This document shows, piece after piece, positions 20,504-30,601 of a stretch of 64,000 nucleotides of DNA. A program made the translations under genes and the position numbers. Each line of letters opens with the position of its first letter. The first letter of the stretch is position 1. The notes below the pieces were generated by a model that worked only from the letters and a program-made list of their open reading frames with translations, had not been told where the DNA came from and did no database searches. Source of the stretch: Candidatus Magasanikiibacteriota bacterium (GTDB lineage Bacteria; Patescibacteriota; Patescibacteriia; Magasanikbacterales; GWA2-37-8); assembly GCA_041666265.1 (NCBI GenBank), contig JBAYHH010000002.1:9096-73095 (forward strand), read 5' to 3'.

Positions 20504-21748
20504 TTAGACCGTTTTTTCGTCTGTTTTTGTTTCTTCGACGACTGCTTCTTCGTCTTTTATTTCGACCAGGGCTTCACCAGCCAACACTTCTTCGCTACTC
20601 ACTTCTTGAGTTCCTCCTTCTTCTTTCACTTTGATTTTCCAACCGGTAAGCTCGGAAGCCAAGCGCACATTTTGCCCCCCGCGTCCGATCGCGAGCGAAA
20701 ATTGATCGGGCGCGACGAGAGCAGTGGCCAATTTTTCTTTTTCTTCCAATTCGACGCGCAGGACTTTGGCCGGAGACAAACCTTTGGCCACATATTCGCC
20801 GGCATTTTCATTGTATGCGATCACATCGATTTTTTCTCCGCCCAGCTCCTCGATGATGGTATTGATACGACTGCCGCGCTGACCGATACATGATCCGATC
20901 GGGTCAATCGATTCGTCGCTCGTCCACACCGCCACCTTTGATCTCCAACCGGCATCGCGAGCCACCCCTTTGATGATGATGGTACCATCGGCGATTTCCG
21001 GAATTTCTTGAGTAAACACTTCTTTGACCAAATTTACATGGTTGCGGGACAATAAAATTTCCGGTCCGCGCGCGGTCATATTCACCGACATCACATAAAA
21101 TTTCATCTTGGCGCCGGGCTTGTAGTGCTCGCGGTTGATTTGCTGATCGGACAAAAGGACACCAGTCACTTTGCCGATATCGATAAGCACTTTTCGTCCT
21201 TCCACGCGCTGAATCGAACCGACAATAATTTGATTTTCTTGTTTTTTGAAATCTTCAAACACCATGCCTCGTTCCGCTTCGCGTAATTTTTGAATAATCA
21301 CTTGCTTGGCGGTTTGAGCGGCCATGCGACCGAACTCGTGAGTGATCTCGAGCTGAATCTCAAGAGTTTCACCTACCTTGACTTTTTTCTGAAAAAATTT
21401 GGCGTCCTTGATCATCATTTCCAATTTCGGATTGAAGTGCGCCAAATCAGCCGTTTCTTCTTCGGTGAGTTCACGGCCTTCGGCTTTGGCTTTTTCACGG
21501 CGCGCGGCCAACTCTACTTGAGCTTTTTCCAACACCTCTTCGTCGATATCTTCGACGACGGTTTTTACATCCCAAGCCTGCATATCGCCGGTTTCGGGAT
21601 TAAATTTGACTCTGATATTTTGCTGTTTGTTGCCAAAATCCTTGCGATAGGCGGCCGCGAGCGCGGTCTCAATGGTGGCCAAAACCACATCATACGACAA
21701 ATTTTTTTCGTCGCACAAGGCCTGAATTGCTTTGGTGATGTCGGACAT
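20504..21748 (-). CDS. nusA: Transcription factor NusA
   Basis: FGRMAAQTAKQVI, S1 and KH domains, AIGRGGQNVRLAS. Confidence 0.97.
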   Translation of the reverse strand: MSDITKAIQALCDEKNLSYDVVLATIETALAAAYRKDFGNKQQNIRVKFNPETGDMQAWDVKTVVEDIDEEVLEKAQVELAARREKAKAEGRELTEEETADLAHFNPKLEMMIKDAKFFQKKVKVGETLEIQLEITHEFGRMAAQTAKQVIIQKLREAERGMVFEDFKKQENQIIVGSIQRVEGRKVLIDIGKVTGVLLSDQQINREHYKPGAKMKFYVMSVNMTARGPEILLSRNHVNLVKEVFTQEIPEIADGTIIIKGVARDAGWRSKVAVWTSDESIDPIGSCIGQRGSRINTIIEELGGEKIDVIAYNENAGEYVAKGLSPAKVLRVELEEKEKLATALVAPDQFSLAIGRGGQNVRLASELTGWKIKVKEEGGTQEVSSEEVLAGEALVEIKDEEAVVEETKTDEKTV

Positions 21749-21754
21749 ATAAAA

Positions 21755-21815
21755 AATTTAAAATAAAATATCAAAAAGCAAAAATATTTGATTTTTGAGT
21801 TTTTATATTTGATTT
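21755..21815. repeat. AT-rich 7-bp-period inverted repeat (ATCAAAA family)
   Basis: AAAATATCAAAAAGCAAAAATA followed by TTTGATTTTTGAGTTTTTATATTTGATTT. Confidence 0.6.
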
Positions 21816-21896
21816 AAAAAAGGCGCCTTCGATTAAGCGCTTTATGCTATATTGTCAATAGTATAGCACGGGAGACAGCGCTTGTCAATAGCCAAT

Positions 21897-22553
21897 TTAA
21901 TTTTTGGCCGATGTAATTTTAACCTTGCCGGACGGGGTTTTGCCATAAACTTTGATCTTATCCCCCACATCTAAAAATTTGTAAATTTGACTGGCGTCGG
22001 CGGTGGTCAGATTTATGCACCCGCCGCTGCGCGGTCGAATGCCAAAATCATTATGCCAATACGCGCCGTGCAAATACAATCCGCGCTTGGCCTCAAACAA
22101 CATATTCCATTTGGTATTGGGATAGCTCCCGCCGGTCACCGTGCGATAAGTTTTAACCGGAATTTTTTTCAAAATTTTGTATTCTCCGGTCGGCGTCGGT
22201 ACTCCCGGCCGGCCGGTCGAAGCGAGCATCTCGCCGATGCGCACGCCATTGACCAGATAATAAAATTTTTGGGTGGTGAGGTCAGTCTCGACTGCGCGGG
22301 TGATTTTTCTACTGCGACCGCCCTCAAACGGACTAAAACCATTTTTGATTTCCGCGCCATCGTAATATCCGTCGTTATCAGTATCGGGATTATTGGCGTC
22401 TGTGCCCAGTTTGATTTCAATCGCATCGGATAATCCATCTTGATCAGCATCGACAATGGCGGCCCAAACCGGCTGACTGATAAAAAAACCGGCGGTCATA
22501 ACCGCGACAACGATGGACGCTAAAATAGCATTTGGTTTTTGTATGATCGTCAT
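21897..22553 (-). CDS. L,D-transpeptidase (YkuD) family protein with DxDxDG repeats
   Basis: TPTGEY, LHGAYWH...SGGCINL catalytic motif; signal peptide. Confidence 0.9.
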   Translation of the reverse strand: MTIIQKPNAILASIVVAVMTAGFFISQPVWAAIVDADQDGLSDAIEIKLGTDANNPDTDNDGYYDGAEIKNGFSPFEGGRSRKITRAVETDLTTQKFYYLVNGVRIGEMLASTGRPGVPTPTGEYKILKKIPVKTYRTVTGGSYPNTKWNMLFEAKRGLYLHGAYWHNDFGIRPRSGGCINLTTADASQIYKFLDVGDKIKVYGKTPSGKVKITSAKN

Positions 22554-22570
22554 CTGAATTATATTTGGAT

Positions 22571-23410
22571 TTACCGCAGTATTATATCATTTTTTTGGTC
22601 AGTCCGCCAGATTTCAATCAAAGCCCGCTCCAAATGACGCATGACGCGCAACGATGGATGGCCGAAGGTATTTTTTCCGACCGATATGATGGCTATTTGC
22701 GGAGCAACTGCGCGAATGAAATCATCTCCCGAGGAGCTGTCGCTGCCATGATGTCCAACTTTTAAATAAGTGGCGCGCAATGCCGGACAAGTCGATGATG
22801 CCGTGCAATGCTTATCGACCAAAGCGTTTTCCAGCGACACCTCGGCGTCGCCCATAAACAAAAAACTTTTACTTTCATGGGATAATTTAAAAACAATCGA
22901 AGAATTATTACTGTCCTTTTCCTTGGCGGCCAAACCAAGCGCCCCATCGGGTGAAAAGAATTCTAATGATGTACCGGCAATCGTCCACAACTCGTGTCTG
23001 GTAATATTTTTGATTTTTGACATTTTATTTTTGATATTTTCGTTCCACACCTGCCAATATGGATCGTTTTCTTTGCTCAGACCATTTTCAATGATATTTT
23101 TGACATCATAGCGACGCAAAACATCGACACAACCTCCGTAATGATCACCGTCGGGATGAGAAATCAAAAGATAATCGATAGTACGATCATAAAATGGCAA
23201 ATACTGTCCCAACTTTGATAATATTTTTTTATCCGGCCCGCAATCGACGAGCATTTTTTGGCCGTTGGAAAAATTTATGAGCGCGCTATCGCCTTGGCCG
23301 ATGTTAAAAAATATGACGCGAAAACCGGTGAATTGAAAAAAATGATAATAACAAAATAAGCCAAGCAGTAAAACAGCGCCAACAAATAAAACAATCAATG
23401 ATTTTTTCAC
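22571..23410 (-). CDS. ComEC-type metallo-beta-lactamase nuclease domain protein
   Basis: IGQGDSALI, SHPDGDHYGG, KVGHHGS, GHPS. Confidence 0.92.
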   Translation of the reverse strand: MKKSLIVLFVGAVLLLGLFCYYHFFQFTGFRVIFFNIGQGDSALINFSNGQKMLVDCGPDKKILSKLGQYLPFYDRTIDYLLISHPDGDHYGGCVDVLRRYDVKNIIENGLSKENDPYWQVWNENIKNKMSKIKNITRHELWTIAGTSLEFFSPDGALGLAAKEKDSNNSSIVFKLSHESKSFLFMGDAEVSLENALVDKHCTASSTCPALRATYLKVGHHGSDSSSGDDFIRAVAPQIAIISVGKNTFGHPSLRVMRHLERALIEIWRTDQKNDIILR

Positions 23411-23419
23411 AAAATATTG

Positions 23420-24028
23420 TTACTTTTTGGCGATTAAAATTTGATTTACCCAATTTTCCCCCGTTCTAACAAATACCTCGCGCTCCACTCCAAACGCCAA
23501 CTCCTCCAAGAGGCCGCGCACTCTTTCCGGCCGATGATAATATGATTCGATTTTGATTACACCGTCTTGGGTTTTTATTTCCGGCGGTTCTTTTTGATTG
23601 ATATTGGTCACCGCCAAAACACCGTCTTCTTTAAGCACCCGGTAGGCTTCGTCAAAAAACCGACGCGGGTCTTTGAGGTGAACAATCAAAAATGCGGCCA
23701 CCACTATGTCGAAAGAATTATCCGGAAACGGCAGTGATTCGGCATCACCAATCACCGATTCGATTTTATTGCTTTTGGATTTTAATTTGGCGAGCATTTT
23801 TTCCGACACATCAAGCGCTGTTACCGACGCTCCCATTTTTGATAACCGCACCGATAGTCGTCCGGTCCCCGCTCCCACATCCAATATTTTTTTATTTTTT
23901 ATATCGCCAAGCAATGACAAAAATTTTTCTTTTTCAAAACCGTCCAAATATGCTTCGCGCGCATCATAATCACCGGCCGCGAGATCGTAGCCAGGCGTTG
24001 ACCCGAGAATTTTTATTTTGGCTTTCAT
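23420..24028 (-). CDS. Class I SAM-dependent methyltransferase
   Basis: ILDVGAGTG, GDAESLPF, EAYRVLK. Confidence 0.9.
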   Translation of the reverse strand: MKAKIKILGSTPGYDLAAGDYDAREAYLDGFEKEKFLSLLGDIKNKKILDVGAGTGRLSVRLSKMGASVTALDVSEKMLAKLKSKSNKIESVIGDAESLPFPDNSFDIVVAAFLIVHLKDPRRFFDEAYRVLKEDGVLAVTNINQKEPPEIKTQDGVIKIESYYHRPERVRGLLEELAFGVEREVFVRTGENWVNQILIAKK

Positions 24029-25655
24029 AAATTAAAAATATTATACCGGCATACGATATCGCCATCGTCGCTATCCCCACTCGCATATCAACGGCGGCCA
24101 AACTCCACCCGGCAAACCACTGCGTCAATATTATAACATACTTTAGACCGATGCCGGCTATCCAAGCTACGACTTGCCCCAAAGGAAATAATACCAACGA
24201 AAGCAGGACGGAAATAAAACCAAACAGCATCAGCCAGGGAATTATCCACAGTACGAGCACATTGACGACGGGCGCGACGATTGATAATCGACCAAATTGA
24301 AATAGGATTAGGGGCAAAGTGATGATAATCGCGGAAAGAGTAGAAATAAAAGTTTCAACTATCGCAGAATATATCACATTATCAACCTGAGCGGAGCGAA
24401 GGATCTGGTCACACTCGCATCTATTTGATAGATTCTTCGCGGAATTTATACTGAGCGGAGCGAATGTGCTCAAAATGACAGACTTTAAAACCGGACTCAA
24501 ATATACGAGGCCCATGGTCGCTAAAAATGACAACTGAAACCCCGCGTCCCAAATCAAAATATACGGATTCATCAAAAGCATCACGGCGGCGGTCAACGCC
24601 AGCACATTACCCATTTTTGATAACCGGCCCATTTGCTGGGCAATCAAAACAATAATCCCCATGATTCCGGCGCGAATTACCGAGGCCGAAGCGCCGGTAA
24701 ATATTACAAATAGTATTATTCCGGCGACACAAGCCCAAAAAGCTTGCGGGCGATACAAACCAATAGTGATAAGCGCGGTCATCAAAACAGACGCGATGAT
24801 ACTGATATTATATCCGGAAATCGCGATGATATGCGTGATGCCGACCCGGCTGAAATCATCTTTTAATTCCTGTGATAATCCGGCGCGCGCGCCATAGAGC
24901 AATCCGGCCATGAGCGATGACTCGGGTTCGGGCCAAAGTTTTTCTACTTGGGTGTTGATTTTGGATTTGAGAGAAAAAATTAATTTTAGCGGCGTTCCCC
25001 ACCAATTGTCATCCCCGCGAAAGCGGGGATCCAGACACCATTCACTCGATGCCTGGCTGGTCGCGACTGGATTCCCTTTTTCAAGGGAATGACAGCCGGT
25101 GATGGACGGTCGATAGCAAATCGAATAGATGCCGTCTTTAGCCAAATACTTTACATAATTAAATCGGGAATCATCTGAATTTTTGGGCGCTTGCAAATCA
25201 CACTTGATACGCAACACATCACCGAATCGATATTGCGGATGAAGCGGAGCATTGATAAGAACACGGCCTTTTTTACCGCTAATATTTCCGACCACATACT
25301 TCGCTCCGGCGATGCCAATATCTGGTTCCTGCGCCACCTGGCCGACAAATTCCCATTTATTTCCATTGTAATACGCGATTTGTTTTTCTGTTATCATTGG
25401 TGTCGCTGACAAATACCTGACCCCTCCGAGAATAATAAATATTATCATCAGTAACGCGCAACGCGCCCGCCAATCATACCAAAATAATATCAACAAAAAT
25501 ATTAATGCGAGCAAAAGAATATATAATCGAAATAGCCAATATTTTTCCCAATCAAACACTGAAAAAATGGAAACACCGGTAATGAAACAAAAACAAAGCG
25601 CCAAAAACGCTTTGCTTTTTGAATTGACAAATTTTTTGATCCCCTCCCCTTTCAT
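23970..25655 (-). CDS. comEC: Competence protein ComEC/Rec2 (OB domain plus membrane competence domain)
   Basis: GITHIIAISGYN, ASVIRAGIM, DAGFQLSFLAT. Confidence 0.95.
   Translation of the reverse strand: MKGEGIKKFVNSKSKAFLALCFCFITGVSIFSVFDWEKYWLFRLYILLLALIFLLILFWYDWRARCALLMIIFIILGGVRYLSATPMITEKQIAYYNGNKWEFVGQVAQEPDIGIAGAKYVVGNISGKKGRVLINAPLHPQYRFGDVLRIKCDLQAPKNSDDSRFNYVKYLAKDGIYSICYRPSITGCHSLEKGNPVATSQASSEWCLDPRFRGDDNWWGTPLKLIFSLKSKINTQVEKLWPEPESSLMAGLLYGARAGLSQELKDDFSRVGITHIIAISGYNISIIASVLMTALITIGLYRPQAFWACVAGIILFVIFTGASASVIRAGIMGIIVLIAQQMGRLSKMGNVLALTAAVMLLMNPYILIWDAGFQLSFLATMGLVYLSPVLKSVILSTFAPLSINSAKNLSNRCECDQILRSAQVDNVIYSAIVETFISTLSAIIITLPLILFQFGRLSIVAPVVNVLVLWIIPWLMLFGFISVLLSLVLFPLGQVVAWIAGIGLKYVIILTQWFAGWSLAAVDMRVGIATMAISYAGIIFLIYESQNKNSRVNAWLRSRGR
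24380..24480. repeat. In-frame REP-like pair in comEC
   Basis: Peptide VILSTFAPLSINSAKNL...ILRSAQVD. Confidence 0.85.
25007..25094. repeat. In-frame REP-like pair (GTCATCCCCGCGAAAGCGGGGATCCAG subtype) in comEC
   Basis: Peptide CHSLEKGNPV...LDPRFRGDD. Confidence 0.9.
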
Positions 25656-25685
25656 ACTTAAATACCAAATACTACATACTAAATA

Positions 25686-28600
25686 CTACGCCACAATGCT
25701 CACTAATTTTCCTTTGACATAAATAACTTTTTTGGGCGCCCGGCCCTCGAGCCATTTTTGCACTTTTTCACTGGCGAGCGCTCGGTCTTTGGCGTCCGTG
25801 TCGGAAATGTCAAACGGCACGACGATCGTGTCGCGCAATTTCCCATTGACCTGAATGGCCAGAGTGATTTCGTTGTCTTGAATTTTGGCGGGATTGTACT
25901 TTGGCCAATCGGCATTGACCACGCTACTTTTTTGATCAAGCATTTCCCACAGCTCTTCGCATAAATGCGGAGCAAACGGCGCGAGTAACAGGGTGAGATT
26001 TTTTAATTCATCAAAGCTGGTTTTTTCTTGCGCGCGCAATTCATTGACCCAAATCATGAGCTGTGAAATCGCGGTATTGAATTTCATCTCACTGATATCT
26101 TCCGTGACTTTTTTTATGGTCTTGTGCATGATGCCGACAGACGCGTCAGCGGTAAAATTTTTATCCAAGCGCGGAAATAGATCCCAAACTTTTTCCAAAA
26201 ATCTTTTGGCGCCCACGACTCCTTGCATATTCCAAGCGCAGGGCTGATCAAACGGCCCCATGAACATCTCGTAAACCCGCATCGCGTCCGCGCCAAAACG
26301 CGCGACGATGTCGTTGGGGTTGATGACATTATTCCAACGCTTACTCATCTTGCGACCGTCTTCGGCGAGGATTACACCCAGATTTTGTAGGCGTTTGAAC
26401 GGCTCGTCGTGCGCCACCATACCGATATCAAATAAAAATTTGTGCCAAAAACGAGCGTAAATCAAATGGCGAGTGGCATGCTCGGCTCCGCCCACATAAA
26501 AATCCACCCCGCCTTCGCCCTGCGCTTCGCTTGGGCTTCGCGGGGCAAGGCCGGATCCAATCCAATATTCAATCACTTTTTTGTCCCAGATGTATTTTCC
26601 TTTGACTCTCGGCATCGCGTAGGCCAAATAATACCAACTACTCCCCGCCCATTGAGGCATCGTGTTGGTCTCGCGCTTAGCCGGCCCGCTACATTTCGGG
26701 CATTTAGTATTAACCCATTTTTCGATAGTCGCGAGTGGTGATTCACCGGTGCCACTGGGTTCGTAGTGTTTGACTTTGGGGAGCTCAAGAGGAAGTTCTT
26801 CGTCGTCCACTACCGACCAACCCGAGTCAATGGACGCTCGCAATACCGCCGGCTCCGACTCCACGGCCCCGCCTCGACTGCTAAAATGATAATTCTGCGG
26901 AATAACCCACCACAAATCCGCCCCTAAATTTTTTTCCAGCTCAACTAAGTGCTCTTTTTTTATAATCGGTCGATGGATATCCCCTAAAACCACAATTTTG
27001 CCACCGTTGATTTTTATCTTTTTCCAATCAAATTGCCAATCACAGCTCGCCACCACTTCCGGACGATCCTGATCATTGAATCTGGGCCGCACCACCGGAT
27101 CCACCAAAACCGTACGAGCGATTTTTTTATTGATTGATTCCAAAATTCGATAAGTCACCGGACCGCCCAAGCTATGGCCGACCAAAACCGTATCTTCATC
27201 GATGCTAAATGGCGAGTTCTCCAAAACATACTTTGCTTGTTCGTTGACATTGGGATTGGTGGTATTCGGCAAATCCGGATTCCAGACCCGATGACCATCT
27301 TTCTCCAGCTCGGTTTTGAGCCACGGTTTGAAACCACGACTTGAATTGGAGGTAAAACCGTGAATTAAAATATAATTAAATTTTTTATTCGCGCACGCCT
27401 CACATTTTACCAGTGGGATCGGCTCGCCCCAATAGCGCTGACGCGAAAATACCCAATCGCGGAGTTTGTATTGAGTTTTTTTCTTGCCAATGTTTTTTTC
27501 TTCGAGCCAAGTGATCATTTTTTGTTTGGCTTCCGGTGTTTTTAAGCCATTGAGAAAATCAGAATTTGTGGAGATACCACCGCTGACATTACATTTTTCA
27601 CCTAACAATATTTTAGTCATTTCAACATCTTGATCTTTTTGAAAATTATCCGAAAAAGGTTTACTGGCGCTTTCTACTGAATACGCGTCTGGAATAACAA
27701 CACATCTAATAGGCAGATCATATTTTTTCGCGAACTCCCAGTCACGCTCATCATGCGCCGGCACGGCCATGATGGCGCCGGTGCCGTAATTGCCCAAAAC
27801 ATAATCGGCCACAAAAATCGGCACCTGCTCGCCATTCGCCGGATTAACTGCTTTTATTCCTTGGATTTCAATGCCGGTTTTTTCTTTGGCCAATTCCGTG
27901 CGCTCCATCACGGTTTTATTTTTGGCATTTGCAATATATTCGTTTACCTCTTTTTGATTTTTGATGTTAAATTTTTGATTTCTCAATAATTCGTGTTCAG
28001 GCGCTACCACACAATAAGTACACCCAAAAAGAGTATCGGGACGGGTGGTGAATACTTCGATAGACAAAGATTCCTCCGCTCGGCCTTGGGCCTCGGTCGG
28101 AATGACAGCGAATTTAACGAGTGCGCCCTCGCTTTTGCCAATCCAATTTCTCTGCATTTCTTTGATCGGCTCCGGCCACTCGGTCAATTTATCAATATCA
28201 TTGAGTAGTCGCTCGGCATAATCGGTAATTTTGATCACCCACTGGCGCATCGGTTTTTGCTCGACGATACTGCCACAGCGTTCGCATTTGCCGTCATCAA
28301 GGTCTTCGTTGGCCAGACCGGTCTTGCAACTCGGACACCAATTGATCGGCTCGTTTGATTCAAACACTAAACCGCGTTTATACATCTCGATAAACATCCA
28401 TTGGGTCCAACGGTAATACTCCGGGTCGGTAGTATTCACTTCCCGATCCCAATCATAGGTGAACCCCAAAAGTCCCAATTGTTTTTTAAAAACCTGGACA
28501 TTTTTTTCCGTGGACTCGGCCGGGTGCATTTTATTTTTAAGCGCGTAATTTTCGGCCGGCAACCCAAAAGCATCCCAACCCATCGGGTGAAGCACATTGT

Positions 28601-28811
28601 GGCCCTGCATCATTTTCATACGCGCCACGATATCGGTGGCAATGTAGCCCTTGGGATGGCCGACATGGAGTCCGGCGCCCGACGGATACGGAAACATATC
28701 CAAAACATAAAACTTCGGTCGGTCGGATGAATCGCTGGTTTTGAAAGTTTTGTTTTTCTCCCAATATTTTTGCCACTTTTTTTCGATTTTGGCCGGATGG
28801 TATTGATTCAT
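25686..28811 (-). CDS. leuS: Leucine--tRNA ligase with an inserted alpha/beta-hydrolase domain
   Basis: MFPYPSGAGLHVGH, FTTRPDT editing domain, SRQRYWGEPIP, KMSKR. Confidence 0.97.
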   Translation of the reverse strand: MNQYHPAKIEKKWQKYWEKNKTFKTSDSSDRPKFYVLDMFPYPSGAGLHVGHPKGYIATDIVARMKMMQGHNVLHPMGWDAFGLPAENYALKNKMHPAESTEKNVQVFKKQLGLLGFTYDWDREVNTTDPEYYRWTQWMFIEMYKRGLVFESNEPINWCPSCKTGLANEDLDDGKCERCGSIVEQKPMRQWVIKITDYAERLLNDIDKLTEWPEPIKEMQRNWIGKSEGALVKFAVIPTEAQGRAEESLSIEVFTTRPDTLFGCTYCVVAPEHELLRNQKFNIKNQKEVNEYIANAKNKTVMERTELAKEKTGIEIQGIKAVNPANGEQVPIFVADYVLGNYGTGAIMAVPAHDERDWEFAKKYDLPIRCVVIPDAYSVESASKPFSDNFQKDQDVEMTKILLGEKCNVSGGISTNSDFLNGLKTPEAKQKMITWLEEKNIGKKKTQYKLRDWVFSRQRYWGEPIPLVKCEACANKKFNYILIHGFTSNSSRGFKPWLKTELEKDGHRVWNPDLPNTTNPNVNEQAKYVLENSPFSIDEDTVLVGHSLGGPVTYRILESINKKIARTVLVDPVVRPRFNDQDRPEVVASCDWQFDWKKIKINGGKIVVLGDIHRPIIKKEHLVELEKNLGADLWWVIPQNYHFSSRGGAVESEPAVLRASIDSGWSVVDDEELPLELPKVKHYEPSGTGESPLATIEKWVNTKCPKCSGPAKRETNTMPQWAGSSWYYLAYAMPRVKGKYIWDKKVIEYWIGSGLAPRSPSEAQGEGGVDFYVGGAEHATRHLIYARFWHKFLFDIGMVAHDEPFKRLQNLGVILAEDGRKMSKRWNNVINPNDIVARFGADAMRVYEMFMGPFDQPCAWNMQGVVGAKRFLEKVWDLFPRLDKNFTADASVGIMHKTIKKVTEDISEMKFNTAISQLMIWVNELRAQEKTSFDELKNLTLLLAPFAPHLCEELWEMLDQKSSVVNADWPKYNPAKIQDNEITLAIQVNGKLRDTIVVPFDISDTDAKDRALASEKVQKWLEGRAPKKVIYVKGKLVSIVA
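26507..26550. repeat. Small GC hairpin element in frame in leuS
   Basis: CCGCCTTCGCCC-TGCGCTTCGCTT-GGGCTTCGCGGGGCAAGG; peptide LAPRSPSEAQGEGG interrupts the usual YWxPVDxY motif. Confidence 0.7.
28068..28107. repeat. Solo in-frame REP-like unit in leuS
   Basis: Peptide VIPTEAQGRAEES just before the FTTRPDT motif. Confidence 0.85.
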
Positions 28812-28895
28812 AATATTTGGTTATGGGCGTATTTTACCTAAATTATGGGAAAAAAGCAAATCATGATTGTTTTGACTTTTTAGCGAAAATACAGA

Positions 28896-29552
28896 TTATT
28901 TCTCAATTCGCACGCGCGCAAAAATCCAAATAATATCCCAAATCATTTTCACCCGCCGATATAATCCGCGCCATAATCCGTATTTTTTTTCTTTGATCGC
29001 ATGAGAAAATCCCGGCCACGATATCGCGCCGATTTTTTTGCCGGCGCGTTTAGCGGAATAATTCAAAGCGATTTCAATTTGAAATTTTACTTTAAATTTC
29101 TCGGGGACAAGATTCCATGTTTCTTTCGAAAGAGCGCGATTGCCGCTGATGATCGGCAGATGCGGTGTCAGCCAATTTATCCCCCAGATTGATCGGCCAA
29201 AGATGACCGCGAACATATCATATCGACCATCCACTACCGGCGCAATAATATTATTTAAAATTTCAATCGAAAAATTTTTTAAATCCGCGTCCAAAAAACA
29301 AATATAATCGTTTTTGGCAGCTTTGACCCCAGCATCCATGGCCTGCGCTTTGCCGCGATTGGGTGAGAGTGTGATGACGCGAGCGCCGGCACCGGTCGCG
29401 ATTGTGCCAGTCTCATCAGATGAGCCGTCATCGACAACGATAATCTCGTCGACATAATCGCATTTTTTTGCAACCTCAATAACTCCCTTGATGGTCCGGG
29501 CTTCGTTAAACGCGGGAATAATTACTGAAAAATTTCTCATATTAGATAGCAT
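28896..29552 (-). CDS. Glycosyltransferase family 2
   Basis: SVIIPAFNE, VVDDGSSD, NRGKAQA, FLDAD; start may be 29540. Confidence 0.92.
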   Translation of the reverse strand: MLSNMRNFSVIIPAFNEARTIKGVIEVAKKCDYVDEIIVVDDGSSDETGTIATGAGARVITLSPNRGKAQAMDAGVKAAKNDYICFLDADLKNFSIEILNNIIAPVVDGRYDMFAVIFGRSIWGINWLTPHLPIISGNRALSKETWNLVPEKFKVKFQIEIALNYSAKRAGKKIGAISWPGFSHAIKEKKYGLWRGLYRRVKMIWDIIWIFARVRIEK

Positions 29553-29720
29553 TGAGACATATTTGATTCTGAGCGGGTTATATTAAGATATATTCTCATT
29601 CGTTCGATAATCATTAAAATAATTAATGATTATACTCACTCATTTCGAATATGCGCCCGCAGGCGCATCCTTTCGCGCTCGCGCGCGAAAAAAGCGAAAA
29701 ACAAATATGTCTCAATACTA
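29547..29720. repeat. Multi-stem palindromic element (GAGCGGGTTATG family), copy 3, with a nested second hairpin
   Basis: Outer IR ATTGAGACATATTTG/CAAATATGTCTCAAT; core split by an AT-rich insert at ~29582-29650. Confidence 0.8.
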
Positions 29721-30584
29721 TTTTTGGCATTTGAGACAAAAATGCGTCCCCCGCCCGGCATGGCGCGTCTTTTTTATGATTGATTTGCATCGGCGACATT
29801 TCTCGCCATCGCGCTCATATACATTGAGAAAATTATAATGCCCGCCTTTTTCCCCTTGAGCGTCGACAAAATCATCAAATGAAGTACCGCGATTTTTTAA
29901 GGCTACTTTCAACACCTCGGTGATACTGCTAAATAGTCTCTTTAATTCACCCGCAGTCAAACTTCCCGCCTTTCGCCACGGCAATAGTCCGGCGCAATAA
30001 CAAGCTTCGTCAGCATAAATATTGCCAATACCGGCGATCAATTTTTGATTCATCAGCAACGCCTTGAGATTGGTTTTTCGCCTCGCGAACAAAGCTGAAA
30101 AATTTTTGAATTTAAAATTTTCAGTCAATGGCTCGATGCCGAAATTTTCATTAAAAATTTTTTCTTTTTCATCGGCGCTCGCCAGTTTCAAATACCCGAA
30201 TCGGCGCATGTCATTGAAAAATAATTGTGATTTATCGACAAATGAAAATATAACCCGAGTAAAATTATTGGGCACTTGCAAATCACTGGGGGATATTTTA
30301 TGTCCGCCGGCCACAATCTTTTCTTTACTCCTTGTTCTTTTTTCCTTATATATGAGCTGACCGGTCATCTTGAGATGCGCGAGCAAATATTGGCCATCGG
30401 ACAATAAAAATGCCAGAAGCTTTCCCCGCCTTTCAATCTTAATAAATTTTTTTCCAACCAAAATTTTGGCCAAATTTTTATCAGCCACTTTATGGTCGCG
30501 CGCGTCAAGCGCGATAATTTTTTTATCAACTACGCGCGTCGAAAGGTCGCGCCTGATAGTTTCCACTTCCGGTAATTCAGGCAT
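29718..30584 (-). CDS. mutM: Formamidopyrimidine-DNA glycosylase
   Basis: MPELPEVET, HLKMTG, GIGNIYADE, C-terminal Zn finger. Confidence 0.97.
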   Translation of the reverse strand: MPELPEVETIRRDLSTRVVDKKIIALDARDHKVADKNLAKILVGKKFIKIERRGKLLAFLLSDGQYLLAHLKMTGQLIYKEKRTRSKEKIVAGGHKISPSDLQVPNNFTRVIFSFVDKSQLFFNDMRRFGYLKLASADEKEKIFNENFGIEPLTENFKFKNFSALFARRKTNLKALLMNQKLIAGIGNIYADEACYCAGLLPWRKAGSLTAGELKRLFSSITEVLKVALKNRGTSFDDFVDAQGEKGGHYNFLNVYERDGEKCRRCKSIIKKTRHAGRGTHFCLKCQK

Positions 30585-30601
30585 ACTTATCTTGGTGTGC
30601 T

